DNA from: Methanococcus maripaludis
GTDB taxonomy: Archaea; AGJL01; Methanococci; Methanococcales; Methanococcaceae
Length of the DNA stretch: 32,000 bases
Direction of reading: 5' to 3'
Assembly: GCF_002945325.1 (NCBI RefSeq)
Contig: NZ_CP026606.1
Span: forward strand, 150,001 to 182,000
A program made the position numbers and the translations under genes. This document shows, piece by piece, positions 8,670 to 18,031 of the stretch (its first letter is position 1; each line of letters begins with the position of its first letter). The notes beneath the pieces were generated by a model that was not told where the DNA came from, did not search any database, and was given only the letters and a program-made list of their open reading frames with translations.

Positions 8670-9329
8670 TTAACCTTTTAATTTTGTAACCAATTCTTTT
8701 GCAATTCTTGCAGATTTTGAAGCTTCTGGTGCATAGCCATCTGCACCAATTTTATCAGCAAAGCTTTGTGAGATTGGGCCGCCTCCAACCATCACCATTG
8801 TAGTTTCTTTCATTCCTTCTTCTTTTAACATGCCAATAACAACTTTCATATTGTCCATTGTAGTCGTCATCAGCGTTGAAAGACCAATGACATCTGCGCT
8901 TACTTCTTTAGCTTTTTTTATGAATTCTACAGGTGGAACATCCCTACCAAGATCATAAACTTCAAAGCCTTGTGTTTCGAGCATGATTTTAAATAAGTTT
9001 TTCCCAATATCATGGGTATCCCCTTCAACAACGCCAACAACTGCTTTAAATTTATTATCTGAATCTTCATACTTTAAATGAGGTTTTAAAATATCCAAGC
9101 CCACATACATTGCATCAGAACAGACTAATAATTCAGGAATAAAATATTCTCCTTCTTCGTAAAGTACCCCTGCCCTGTTCATTCCTTCTGCTAGCCCTTT
9201 TGTGATCCCATCAAAAGCATCAAATCCATTTTCGAGATATTTTTTAGATAATTCTTCTGTTTTTTCTTCATCCATATCAACAACGGAATCAGAAAGCTCT
9301 TGTAGTAGCTGTTCTTTCAATTCACTCAT
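8670..9329 (-). CDS. Methyltransferase cognate corrinoid (B12-binding) protein
   Basis: All parts of the classical cobalamin-binding signature are present: DxHxxG (GDTHDIGKN), SxL (GLSTLMTT) and GG (MVGGGP). An N-terminal helical cap domain is present, and the 219-aa size matches MtaC/MtbC/MtsB/MtpC-type proteins. A GAGGT RBS is present. Confidence 0.9.
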   Translation of the reverse strand: MSELKEQLLQELSDSVVDMDEEKTEELSKKYLENGFDAFDGITKGLAEGMNRAGVLYEEGEYFIPELLVCSDAMYVGLDILKPHLKYEDSDNKFKAVVGVVEGDTHDIGKNLFKIMLETQGFEVYDLGRDVPPVEFIKKAKEVSADVIGLSTLMTTTMDNMKVVIGMLKEEGMKETTMVMVGGGPISQSFADKIGADGYAPEASKSARIAKELVTKLKG

Positions 9330-9596
9330 TTTTGACCTCTAAAATTTAAATTTAAAAAAGGGTAATTAATCAATAAAACTACGTAAATAATATCTTTTAT
9401 AGTTTTCATGAAGAAACCTAATAATTAATAATTACATTAAAAAAACTAATATCTAATAATATTATGGTACGATATACATTAGAAAAATATATAAAAAAAT
9501 TACCCGAATTAAACCTTAAAAACTGTTAGCGAGTGCATAGTAATATATTATATCAAAATATATCCGTTTCTAATGTATTGTAATTAAGGTGTTATT

Positions 9597-9941
9597 TTGA
9601 GTAGTAAATTTGAAGAGCTTTTTAAAAAATTTGAAAAACCAGGATATATGGACTTTGAAAAAACAGTTGTTGAATTAAGTTGCGAAAACTTCTGTGAAGG
9701 AAATAAATCAAAAAGTTCAAAATATTTTATAATAGATAAATATTCTGGCGAAAAATATCCTTTAAAATGTTTCTGGATCGTTGCTTTTGGAATTGCAAAT
9801 CAATTAGATTTTGAAGAAATTTACAAAACGATTGGAAAATCGATTTCTGGCCCAATTTTGATAAATGAATTTGAATTTTTTGGAATAATGCTTGAAAAAT
9901 CTAAAAAAGAAGATATTAGATTTAAGATAATAATCGAATAA
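9597..9941 (+). CDS. Hypothetical protein (114 aa)
   Basis: The ORF has a TTG start 5 nt after AAGGTG. I recognise no family. Confidence 0.45.
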   Translation: MSSKFEELFKKFEKPGYMDFEKTVVELSCENFCEGNKSKSSKYFIIDKYSGEKYPLKCFWIVAFGIANQLDFEEIYKTIGKSISGPILINEFEFFGIMLEKSKKEDIRFKIIIE

Positions 9942-9955
9942 AATAAAAAAGAAAA

Positions 9956-10249
9956 TTATTTCATTTCATTTTCTGAAAGACCTTCAATATGTTTCATTAA
10001 AGGGTCAATTTTCTCCCATATTTTTGAACAGGGAACTAAAAATGATTTATCTGTTACAATTACGTAAAGTTTAGAGCTTCCTTGATCCCAGGTGGCTTGA
10101 AGCTTGATACCATACTGTTTTGGATCTATCGTCCAGGGATTATTTCCACTAACTGATATGCCATGTTCATTTAGTTCTTTAATCATCAAATCAACTTTCT
10201 GTTGATTAATATTTGAATATTCGTGCTTACCGCACTTACCGTCTCCCAT
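9956..10249 (-). CDS. Hypothetical protein (~97 aa)
   Basis: The tracked ORF runs to 10261. The second ATG (10249, MGDGKCGKHEY) is preceded by GAGGGA, so I prefer it. I recognise no family. Confidence 0.45.
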   Translation of the reverse strand: MGDGKCGKHEYSNINQQKVDLMIKELNEHGISVSGNNPWTIDPKQYGIKLQATWDQGSSKLYVIVTDKSFLVPCSKIWEKIDPLMKHIEGLSENEMK

Positions 10250-10486
10250 ATTATCCCTCATTTAACTAAAAAAACTCATTTACAAAATATATGTTAATTA
10301 ATAGTTTTTTACCGATAAGTATACTTTAACTTAATTTTTAAATTATAAATATGTTGCCAATTAAATTACTAATTAATATTGAAAACAAGTTAAAAAGCCA
10401 GATTATTACATAATATATCAAAGACCTTGCAAATACGTAATTTATATATATGTTGATGTAATAAGTATTAATTAACTTTAGAATAA

Positions 10487-10512
10487 ATATGTAATTATAA
10501 TTAATTACATAT
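10487..10512. promoter_or_regulatory. Perfect 10-bp inverted repeat (ATATGTAATT-N6-AATTACATAT), operator-like
   Basis: Read directly from the sequence. It lies between a TATA-like TTTATATATA (10441-10450) and the GTG start at 10531 of the winged-helix gene. Confidence 0.5.
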
Positions 10513-10530
10513 CTTAAAAAGGGGATTTTT

Positions 10531-10797
10531 GTGGATGAAGTTATAATTAGACAGAATATTTTAAGATACCTATTTGAAAAAGAGACCTTTGTAAAAGGTA
10601 AGGAACTTACAACTATTTCAGGACTTGAAAAAGACGATTTAAAATACATTATTCATTTTCTTGAAGTTAAAGGCTATTTAATAGTGAAAAGTTCGTCTTA
10701 TGGTATGAGCTACTATACAAAAATAACTAAGAAAGGAATAGAAATAATAAATGATATTTTGGTTAAAAAGGAAGAAGTACCATATATTTTAAAGTAA
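10531..10797 (+). CDS. Small winged-helix-turn-helix DNA-binding protein (88 aa)
   Basis: The pattern ILRYLFEKETFVKGKELTTISGLEKDDLKYIIHFLEVKGYLIV...ITKKGIEII is typical of MarR/ArsR-like wHTH proteins. The start is GTG, after AGGGGA. Confidence 0.6.
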   Translation: MDEVIIRQNILRYLFEKETFVKGKELTTISGLEKDDLKYIIHFLEVKGYLIVKSSSYGMSYYTKITKKGIEIINDILVKKEEVPYILK

Positions 10798-10849
10798 GCT
10801 TTATTTCAAATACAGAAAACTTAAATAATATAACCCTCACAGTTAATGT

Positions 10850-10875
10850 ATCTCAGGATAACATCTGAGATTTTG
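10850..10875 (+). terminator. Hairpin (ATCTCAG-N8-CTGAGAT) followed by TTTT
   Basis: A 7-bp stem followed by a T-run lies 53 nt downstream of the wHTH stop codon. Confidence 0.35.
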
Positions 10876-11067
10876 TAATATATCTATCCATTGCCGTAAA
10901 TATTAGATAACAGGATTAAATAGCAAATATATCGAATATTAAAGATTTATAGCCACAAATCTTTAACATTTTTGACCTCACCTATTTTTTTTATATTTTA
11001 GGATAAAAAAATTTTGAATCTGAAAAGTTATAAAAAAAATTTAAAAAAATAAAATTTCTGACTTTAG

Positions 11068-12372
11068 TTATAGTAGTTCTTCAACTTTTTTAGATATTCT
11101 TTTTAATATTTCCCGATCTGCAAGCGTACTTTCAGGCGGATCAATTACTTTTTTAAGTTCCAATGGAACTCCATCCATCCTGTAGGCGGTTCCAGTATCC
11201 TCAACACCTGCAATCGTTGGCGGGAGAATTATATTTGCAAGAACTGAAGTTGGTGTTTCGTGAGGGTCTATGCAGATTAATGGAATTTTTGACATTCTTT
11301 TAACTGCATTCTGCGGAAAATGTGCTCCGGGGTCTGACGCGATATTTAGCATTGCATCTGCATCTTCTCTAAGTAAACTATCAGTTACACTCGTGTCTCC
11401 AGGGTTAAATTCTGGAAATCCTCTTGAATAGTCCACACATAACGGAAATCCACTGATCCAAGTACACACCTGATTGAAACCATTTACATTGTAGTGGCCC
11501 CTCATTGGAATCAGCGTAAATTTAGTTTGTGAATTTAAATCGATTACAAGTTCGATTGCAGTATCGATATTTCTATGCTTTCCAGCAGTATGCGTAACAC
11601 CCATTGCAAAGAAAAGTTCCCCATACTGTGCTTTTTTCAATATTTCAACAGTTTCATATATCATTTCTCTAGGGATCCCTGCTATTATTTCAGATTGAAG
11701 TTCAAAACCTTTTAAAGCAGACCTTATCGCACTTATAAGCTCATAATCCTTATGCGGTTCAACTTTTAAGTGAATGTCTGCTAATTTTGCAGTGTCACTT
11801 TCTCTTGGATCAACTACAATTAAAATTCGATCTTTTCTTCCGCGACCCCTAAAAAAGCCCCTTGGAAAAACTCCGTATCGGCTCATGTGTCTTGGGTGTG
11901 CGTGCATCGGGTTTGAACCCCAATAAATTACAACATCTGCCCTGTTTTTAACTTCTCCAAGCGTACATATGGGGTACCCAACATCCTGAAGTGCCCATAC
12001 ACTCGGGCCATGGCATACTTCGGCAGTGTTGCTTACAATTCCCCTTATTTTTTCAGCCAACTTCATACCTTCAATATGTGCGTGGCATTCTGTTGCAGAA
12101 AATCCATAAATAAGAGGTTTTTTCGCATTTACTAAAATTTCAGCAGTTTTTTCTATTGCAGTATCAAAGTCGATTTTTTTAAAATCATCTTTTTTGTTTT
12201 CCCGATAAAGCGGTTCAGTATGTCTTACTGCACCTTTTCGGTGAGTAAACTTGCTGTGACCGATTCTACATGCATTTCTTGTCTTTACAATATGTCCTGA
12301 TTCCACAAAACATTCAATGTCATCACAAAGAGTTCCGCAGAATGGGCATACTACATTTTTTATAACATCCAT
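11068..12372 (-). CDS. fwdB: Formylmethanofuran dehydrogenase subunit B-like molybdopterin/tungstopterin oxidoreductase, cysteine type
   Basis: It has an N-terminal CPFCGTLCDD Fe-S motif and the 434-aa size of FwdB/FmdB. Cys in GFSATECHAH lies in the region where Sec-type FwdB carries selenocysteine. A GGGTGA RBS is present, and the gene follows hdrA directly. Confidence 0.7.
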   Translation of the reverse strand: MDVIKNVVCPFCGTLCDDIECFVESGHIVKTRNACRIGHSKFTHRKGAVRHTEPLYRENKKDDFKKIDFDTAIEKTAEILVNAKKPLIYGFSATECHAHIEGMKLAEKIRGIVSNTAEVCHGPSVWALQDVGYPICTLGEVKNRADVVIYWGSNPMHAHPRHMSRYGVFPRGFFRGRGRKDRILIVVDPRESDTAKLADIHLKVEPHKDYELISAIRSALKGFELQSEIIAGIPREMIYETVEILKKAQYGELFFAMGVTHTAGKHRNIDTAIELVIDLNSQTKFTLIPMRGHYNVNGFNQVCTWISGFPLCVDYSRGFPEFNPGDTSVTDSLLREDADAMLNIASDPGAHFPQNAVKRMSKIPLICIDPHETPTSVLANIILPPTIAGVEDTGTAYRMDGVPLELKKVIDPPESTLADREILKRISKKVEELL

Positions 12373-12418
12373 TATTTCACCCTAAAAAATCACCCAATTT
12401 AAAAAAATAAAAAAGAAA

Positions 12419-14383
12419 TTAGTAGGAATCTTTAAACGCGCCTTCAATTTGTCCGTATATCTGGCTTGTTTTAAAGTGGGACTGTTCAAGTGCGCCACTT
12501 GGACATCCTGCTGCACAGGTTCCACAACCTTTACATAATGCTGAAAGAACTTCTGCTACAACTTTACCGTCTTTTTCAACGAATCTTGGAGCACCATATG
12601 GGCACTGCTGTACACAAATACCGCATGCACCACAGACATTTTCATCGATTGTTACAACGATAGGTTCAACCTGAACTTCCCCTTTTGCAAGAGGTATTGC
12701 AGCTCTTGATGCAGCCGCTGAACCTTGCGCAACAGATGAAGGAATATCTTTTGGACCCTGACATGCACCTGCTAAGTAGATACCGTCTGTTGCAGTATCA
12801 ACAGGTTTTAATTTAGGGTGTGCTTCCATGAAGAACCTGTCAGCAGACCTTGAAACACCGAGCAGTTTTTGTACTTCGTCAGCAGTTGATGTTGGAACCA
12901 TACCTACTGAAAGAACAACTAAATCGTATTCATTTTCAAAGATTTCACCTAAAAGGGTATCTTCTGACCTGATTATTGGATTGTCTCCATCAGGATTATC
13001 CAATACTTGTGCAGGTCTTCCACGGATAAATTTAATTCCATACTGTTTTGAACTTCTTTCGTAGAATTCTTCGTATCCCTTACCAAATGCCCTGATATCC
13101 ATGTAGTAAATATCAATATCTGTTTCAGGAGCTTTTTCTTTAATTAACTGCGAATTTTTCATTGCATACATACAGCATACATTTGAACAGTATTTTTTAC
13201 CGATTTTCGCATCTCTTGAACCAACACACTGAATAAATGCAATTCTTTTTGGTTTTTGACCATCACTTGGCCGGATTACCTTACCCATCGTTGGACCAGA
13301 AGCATTAATCATTCTTTCAAGTTCCATTGAGGTTATGACATTTGGAATTTTTCCGTATCCGTATTCTTCTTTTTCGGTTGGGTCATATGGATCGTATCCT
13401 ATTGCAGAAATGATTGTACCAACTTCTGCTTCAATGATTTCTGGTTTTTGACCGTAATCAATCGCTTGAGGTCCGCACACTTTTGCACACAATCCACAAT
13501 CAATACAGCTTTCTTTGTCAATTGTGTACTTTGCAGGAACTGCTTGTGGGAACGGCTTATAAATTGCTTTTCTAAGCCCAATTCCCATATCAAATTCGTT
13601 TGGAACAGATATAGGACATACTTCCTCACATGAACCGCATCCAGTACATTTTTCTTCAGATAAATATCTTGGTTTTTTCTCGATTTTTACCTTGAAGTTT
13701 CCAATGTATCCTTTTACATCTTTTACTTCTGAGTAGGAATAAAGCTTGATATTTGGGTGTTTTGCAACGTCAACCATTTTTGGAGCTAAAATACAGATCG
13801 AACAGTCGTTTGTTGGAAATACCTTATCTAACTGGGCCATTCTACCCCCAACTGATGGTGTTTTTTCAACAACAATTGTTTCGTATCCTGCATCCCCTAA
13901 ATCAAGTGCGGCCTGAATACCTGCAACCCCTGCTCCGATAACCATGGCTCTTTTGGTAACTGGAACGTTTAGATAATCTAAAGGTTCGAGCTGCCTTGCT
14001 TTTGCAACAGCCATCCTTACAAGGTCGTTTGCTTTTTCGGTAGCTTTTTCTTTTTCTTTCATGTGTACCCATGAACAGTGTTCACGAATGTTTGCAAATT
14101 CAAACAAAAATGGGTTTAAACCTGCTTCTTCTACACACCTTCTAAATGTAGGTTCGTGAAGTCTTGGGGAACATGCTGCAACAATTACCCTGTTTAATCC
14201 AAGTTCCTTGATGTCTTTTTTGATGAGTTCTTGCCCGGGATCTGCACACATGTACTTGTAATCTCTTGCAATCACGACGTTTTCGAGTCCTTCTGCAGTT
14301 CTTGCTACATTTTCGCAATCAACTACACCGCCAATGTTTACACCACAGTGGCAGACGTAAACTCCTATTTTTGGTTCTTCCAT
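12419..14383 (-). CDS. hdrA: Heterodisulfide reductase subunit A, cysteine type
   Basis: It has an FAD motif [19 protein letters not shown] and four CxxCxxCxxxC ferredoxin motifs. The N-terminus is [12 protein letters not shown], and [11 protein letters not shown] contains Cys only. I place the start at ATG 14383 after GGTGAT; the tracked ORF begins 4 codons earlier at a TTG. Confidence 0.9.
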   Translation of the reverse strand: MEEPKIGVYVCHCGVNIGGVVDCENVARTAEGLENVVIARDYKYMCADPGQELIKKDIKELGLNRVIVAACSPRLHEPTFRRCVEEAGLNPFLFEFANIREHCSWVHMKEKEKATEKANDLVRMAVAKARQLEPLDYLNVPVTKRAMVIGAGVAGIQAALDLGDAGYETIVVEKTPSVGGRMAQLDKVFPTNDCSICILAPKMVDVAKHPNIKLYSYSEVKDVKGYIGNFKVKIEKKPRYLSEEKCTGCGSCEEVCPISVPNEFDMGIGLRKAIYKPFPQAVPAKYTIDKESCIDCGLCAKVCGPQAIDYGQKPEIIEAEVGTIISAIGYDPYDPTEKEEYGYGKIPNVITSMELERMINASGPTMGKVIRPSDGQKPKRIAFIQCVGSRDAKIGKKYCSNVCCMYAMKNSQLIKEKAPETDIDIYYMDIRAFGKGYEEFYERSSKQYGIKFIRGRPAQVLDNPDGDNPIIRSEDTLLGEIFENEYDLVVLSVGMVPTSTADEVQKLLGVSRSADRFFMEAHPKLKPVDTATDGIYLAGACQGPKDIPSSVAQGSAAASRAAIPLAKGEVQVEPIVVTIDENVCGACGICVQQCPYGAPRFVEKDGKVVAEVLSALCKGCGTCAAGCPSGALEQSHFKTSQIYGQIEGAFKDSY

Positions 14384-14418
14384 AATTATCACCAATATCT
14401 GGCTTGAACTGTTAGTCC

Positions 14419-14434
14419 AAATATATATTTTAAT
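14419..14434 (-). promoter_or_regulatory. Candidate internal TATA box upstream of hdrA
   Basis: The minus strand reads AAAATATATATTTGG, about 40-45 nt upstream of the hdrA ATG, in the 78-bp vhcB-hdrA spacer. Confidence 0.3.
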
Positions 14435-14473
14435 ACCATTATTACATTTTCTAATAGCTACATCTATTAAAAA

Positions 14474-15667
14474 TTATTTCAAAGATAATGCGCTCTTTTT
14501 AGCCTTATCACAGGCTTCAATACATTTCAAACACATTACACAGAACCCTTCGAGAGGTTTTTCTGGTTTTCCTGTTAAGTTAAGCATGTCATAAGGACAC
14601 GTTTCAATACATTTTCCACAGGAATCACATAAATTAGGACTAAATTCGATTCTTTCGTATTCTTTACCATCGTGGATGATTTTACCAATCCTAAGTGCAT
14701 CGTTTGGACAGCTTTGAACACATGCGCCACATCGAATACACATTTTGAACTCGTTTGCTTTTTCAGTTTTTTTCCTGCTTGGCATTTCAAGTCCTTTTGG
14801 ATTTACCACATTTATTGCATTGTTTGGACATTTTATGGCACAAGGTCCGCAGTATGCACATTTTTCTTCATCCCAAACGATACCTTCATCAGTTATCGGT
14901 TTTGGAGATCCATATTCAACCACTAATTCAATTGCATCAACAGGACATGCTGCCATACATAATCCGCATGCAGGACATCCTTTTGGCGGAACTGCAACCA
15001 TTTCATTTAAAACAATTAAATCCCTTGGACATTTGTCAGTACAGTCGCCACATCCAATACATAAATCGCTGTCCACACTAAATTTGACAATATTTTTATC
15101 TCTTTTTGGTGATTTTTTGCCTGCGACGAAGATCGCGTTCCATGGACATGTTTGTGCACAGATACTACAGTATATACAGGAATTTTTGTCAACAACTGCT
15201 TTTTCGCCCTCTATTGAAAGTGCACCAACAGGGCATTCAGAAATACATACCCCACAGCCGACACAATCCTCGGTAACTGCAATAGGTTCTTTTGGTAATG
15301 TAATGTTTCTTTTAGCGGGTTCAACTACGCCTTCCATTCCAACATAGTCGTCGGGACATGCTTCAACACATTTCATACAGCCTACGCAGAAACCTTTTAA
15401 TTTATCATTTTCTATTTTGAGGTTATTTGGACAGACTTTAACACATTCACCACACAAATCGCACTTTGTAGGGAAATATTCGATCTGTTTAATAGTTTTA
15501 CCATTTAATTCAATTTCTCTTAAGTTTAATGCATCGTTTGGACATGCATTGACACAATTTCCACAAAGTTGGCATACTTTAAAGGGATTTAATTTTAAAG
15601 CTTCTGTAGGGCAGCTATTTTCACAAGCTTTACACATATAACAGTCTTCAGTGTTTATCTTGATCAT
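14474..15667 (-). CDS. vhcB: Polyferredoxin subunit of the F420-non-reducing hydrogenase
   Basis: By hand count there are twelve CxxCxxCxxxC(P) [4Fe-4S] motifs in 397 aa. It sits directly downstream of vhcA. Confidence 0.9.
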   Translation of the reverse strand: MIKINTEDCYMCKACENSCPTEALKLNPFKVCQLCGNCVNACPNDALNLREIELNGKTIKQIEYFPTKCDLCGECVKVCPNNLKIENDKLKGFCVGCMKCVEACPDDYVGMEGVVEPAKRNITLPKEPIAVTEDCVGCGVCISECPVGALSIEGEKAVVDKNSCIYCSICAQTCPWNAIFVAGKKSPKRDKNIVKFSVDSDLCIGCGDCTDKCPRDLIVLNEMVAVPPKGCPACGLCMAACPVDAIELVVEYGSPKPITDEGIVWDEEKCAYCGPCAIKCPNNAINVVNPKGLEMPSRKKTEKANEFKMCIRCGACVQSCPNDALRIGKIIHDGKEYERIEFSPNLCDSCGKCIETCPYDMLNLTGKPEKPLEGFCVMCLKCIEACDKAKKSALSLK

Positions 15668-15675
15668 GATATCCC

Positions 15676-17091
15676 CTATAATGTTTTAATTAATTTTCCG
15701 CCCTTGTAGACATCCATTGAAAGCATTCTTTCTTTTCCGTCAATTGTGTGCGTTGCACATGAAAGGCATGGATCGTATGCCCGAATTACCATTTCCATGT
15801 GGTTTAAAACATGTGGTTTTGCATCTTCGGGTGTTTTTATGTATTTTTCAGCAACTTTTTGAACGCCAATATCCATTGCAGGGTTATTTTGAACAGTTGC
15901 AACAACTAAATTTGCATCGGTGATAATTCCTTTATCATCGGTTTTGAAGTGGTGCACTAAAGTTCCTCTTGGAGCTTCGAGGCATCCAACACCTTCTCCA
16001 ACAAGATCGGTTGGTTCTACCCTTATGTCAGTTCCAACAATTGCATCGTCTTCTAAGAATTTTCTTATGAGTTCTGCACTTGAAATAAGCTCGATTAATC
16101 TTGCATAGTGGAAAAGCATCGGGTGGTGTGCAGGTTTTCCAAAAGTTTTTACAAATTCTTCGTAGTATTTTTGAGCAATAGGTGTAGGCATTTTATCGCA
16201 TACATTTAACCTTGAAAGAGTATTTACTCTGTAAACTCCATCAACAGGACCTTTTTCAGTTAAATATGGGAATTTAAGGTATGAATATGGCCTTACTCCT
16301 TCTGACATGTAGTTTAAGTATTCTGAAGGTTCATATTCATATTCGATTTTTCCTTCAGGATTTATGACCCTGATTTTTCCTTCATAAATATCCTGTGCAC
16401 CGTTATTTACCATACCCATGTGGTATGATTCAAAGTAGCCAAGTTCAAGGAGATTTTGTTCTTTTAATCCATCCAATAATTGTTTTCCAACTACCAATGT
16501 TCTTTCAGCAGTATCTACAAGATTTTCTGACATTTTTAAAAGTTCGTCCCTTTCTTCTTCCGTTAATGGTTTTGACTGTCCTCCAACAACTGCAGTTACT
16601 GGGTGAATAGCTCTTCCACCAACTTTTTGAATTATTGTCTGACCAATTTTTCTCATTGAAATTGCATCTTTTACAACATCCATGTTTTCAGCGGCGACAC
16701 CCAAAACGTTCCTTTTAAGTGCATCATCAGTCATCGGGAACATTAAATCAGGGGATGCAAGCATTCCAAAGTGGAGCGCGTGGCTGTGAACATTTGAAGC
16801 TTGTTGCATTAAATTTCTGAGCATGTCGGCAGTTTTTGGAATTTTTACTCCAAATACGTTATCAACTGCTCTTGCGCTTGCCAAATTGTGTGAAACCTGG
16901 CAAATTCCACAAATTCTTGGTGTAAATACCGGAGCATCTTCGATATATCTTCCTTCCAAGAATTTTTCAAAACCTCTAACTTCAACAACGTGGAAATTAA
17001 CTTTATCTAGCTTTCCACTGTCGTCAAAGGAAAGTGTAACCTTACCGTGTCCTTCAACTCTGGTAACAGGTTCTATCGACAGTTTTGTCAT
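15676..17091 (-). CDS. vhcA: F420-non-reducing [NiFe] hydrogenase large subunit, unsplit cysteine type
   Basis: The N-terminal RICGICQVSH and C-terminal DPCLSCATH NiFe-ligand motifs lie in one 471-aa polypeptide. In the Se-type Vhu enzyme the C-terminal part is the separate VhuU peptide. Confidence 0.9.
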   Translation of the reverse strand: MTKLSIEPVTRVEGHGKVTLSFDDSGKLDKVNFHVVEVRGFEKFLEGRYIEDAPVFTPRICGICQVSHNLASARAVDNVFGVKIPKTADMLRNLMQQASNVHSHALHFGMLASPDLMFPMTDDALKRNVLGVAAENMDVVKDAISMRKIGQTIIQKVGGRAIHPVTAVVGGQSKPLTEEERDELLKMSENLVDTAERTLVVGKQLLDGLKEQNLLELGYFESYHMGMVNNGAQDIYEGKIRVINPEGKIEYEYEPSEYLNYMSEGVRPYSYLKFPYLTEKGPVDGVYRVNTLSRLNVCDKMPTPIAQKYYEEFVKTFGKPAHHPMLFHYARLIELISSAELIRKFLEDDAIVGTDIRVEPTDLVGEGVGCLEAPRGTLVHHFKTDDKGIITDANLVVATVQNNPAMDIGVQKVAEKYIKTPEDAKPHVLNHMEMVIRAYDPCLSCATHTIDGKERMLSMDVYKGGKLIKTL

Positions 17092-17112
17092 TATATCACC
17101 GTATTTAGTATC

Positions 17113-18015
17113 TTACCTTTTGTTATTTATCGGAATTAATGCACTTGGGAGCGTAAATTTGTAAAAACTACCCACTTTATCCAGTATCTGTTTAGGAAGT
17201 TCGTTTGGATCCATTGTTCTGTCTTCATCAATTTTATAATCAGATGCAAGCGCAGAAACCATTTTAGCACCCTGATCCACCACTTTATCTGTAGGCCCAT
17301 AACATCCGGTACATGGAACGCCTGCTGTTGGGCATATTGCACCACATGAAGCTCTTGTTGCAATTCCCATGCAGAGATATCCTTGTTCAAGCAGGCATTT
17401 TTTAGGATCCGGTGTTCCTTCGTAATTTCTTTTAATTGAATCTATTGAAACTCCTTCTTTGCTTTTTTCTCTAGGGCATACTTCACACATGTTTTTAGTT
17501 GTCAACTCTGGAGTTTTACCTTCTAAAAGTGAAGTAAGTACTCCTGCAATCAATTCTGGTTTTGGAGGACATCCTGGAAGAATATAATCCACATCAATTA
17601 CATCAGAAAGTGGTTTTACTCTTGAAGTTAATTCTGGAACGTCTTCACTTGGAATAATTCCTTCTTCGTTTTTTGTAGAGAATGTAGTTTTGTAAGCTTT
17701 TTCCAAAAGAGCTTCGTTCGAGTATAAATTACCCATTCCTGGAATACCGCCGTAAACTGCACATGTTCCAAATGCAATTACAATTTTCGCTTTTTTTCTC
17801 ATTTCCTGTGCAATATGAAGGTTTTCTTCATTTCTAATACCGCCTTCAATTAATGCAACATCAATATCATCCGGAATTTCTTTAACATCCATTAAAACAG
17901 GGCTGTGAACTAATTCCACCTGTTCAAGAACTTTCAATAAATCTTCATGTAAATCTACAAGACTTATGTGACATCCGGAACAGCATGCAAGCCATGTTGT
18001 AGCTATTTTTACCAT
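17113..18015 (-). CDS. vhcG: F420-non-reducing [NiFe] hydrogenase small subunit
   Basis: It has [11 protein letters not shown] at the N-terminus and LPGCPP, plus C-terminal Cys clusters. An AAGGTGG RBS is present. Confidence 0.9.
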   Translation of the reverse strand: MVKIATTWLACCSGCHISLVDLHEDLLKVLEQVELVHSPVLMDVKEIPDDIDVALIEGGIRNEENLHIAQEMRKKAKIVIAFGTCAVYGGIPGMGNLYSNEALLEKAYKTTFSTKNEEGIIPSEDVPELTSRVKPLSDVIDVDYILPGCPPKPELIAGVLTSLLEGKTPELTTKNMCEVCPREKSKEGVSIDSIKRNYEGTPDPKKCLLEQGYLCMGIATRASCGAICPTAGVPCTGCYGPTDKVVDQGAKMVSALASDYKIDEDRTMDPNELPKQILDKVGSFYKFTLPSALIPINNKR

Positions 18016-18031
18016 AAAACCACCTTAATAG

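Noticed and set aside
10338-10649. 103-aa minus-strand ORF
   Set aside because: It is an extremely low-complexity I/Y/N/F-rich translation of AT-rich promoter DNA. It overlaps the TATA, the palindrome and the 5' end of the better-supported wHTH gene on the other strand.
14575-15641. Several plus- and minus-strand ORFs inside vhcB (for example 14745-15347, 200 aa; 14755-15081; 14672-14926; 15417-15641; 14575-14790)
   Set aside because: They are shadow ORFs within or antisense to the polyferredoxin gene. Their translations are His/Pro/Ser/Thr-rich, lack motifs and have no RBS, while the vhcB frame carries 12 canonical ferredoxin motifs.
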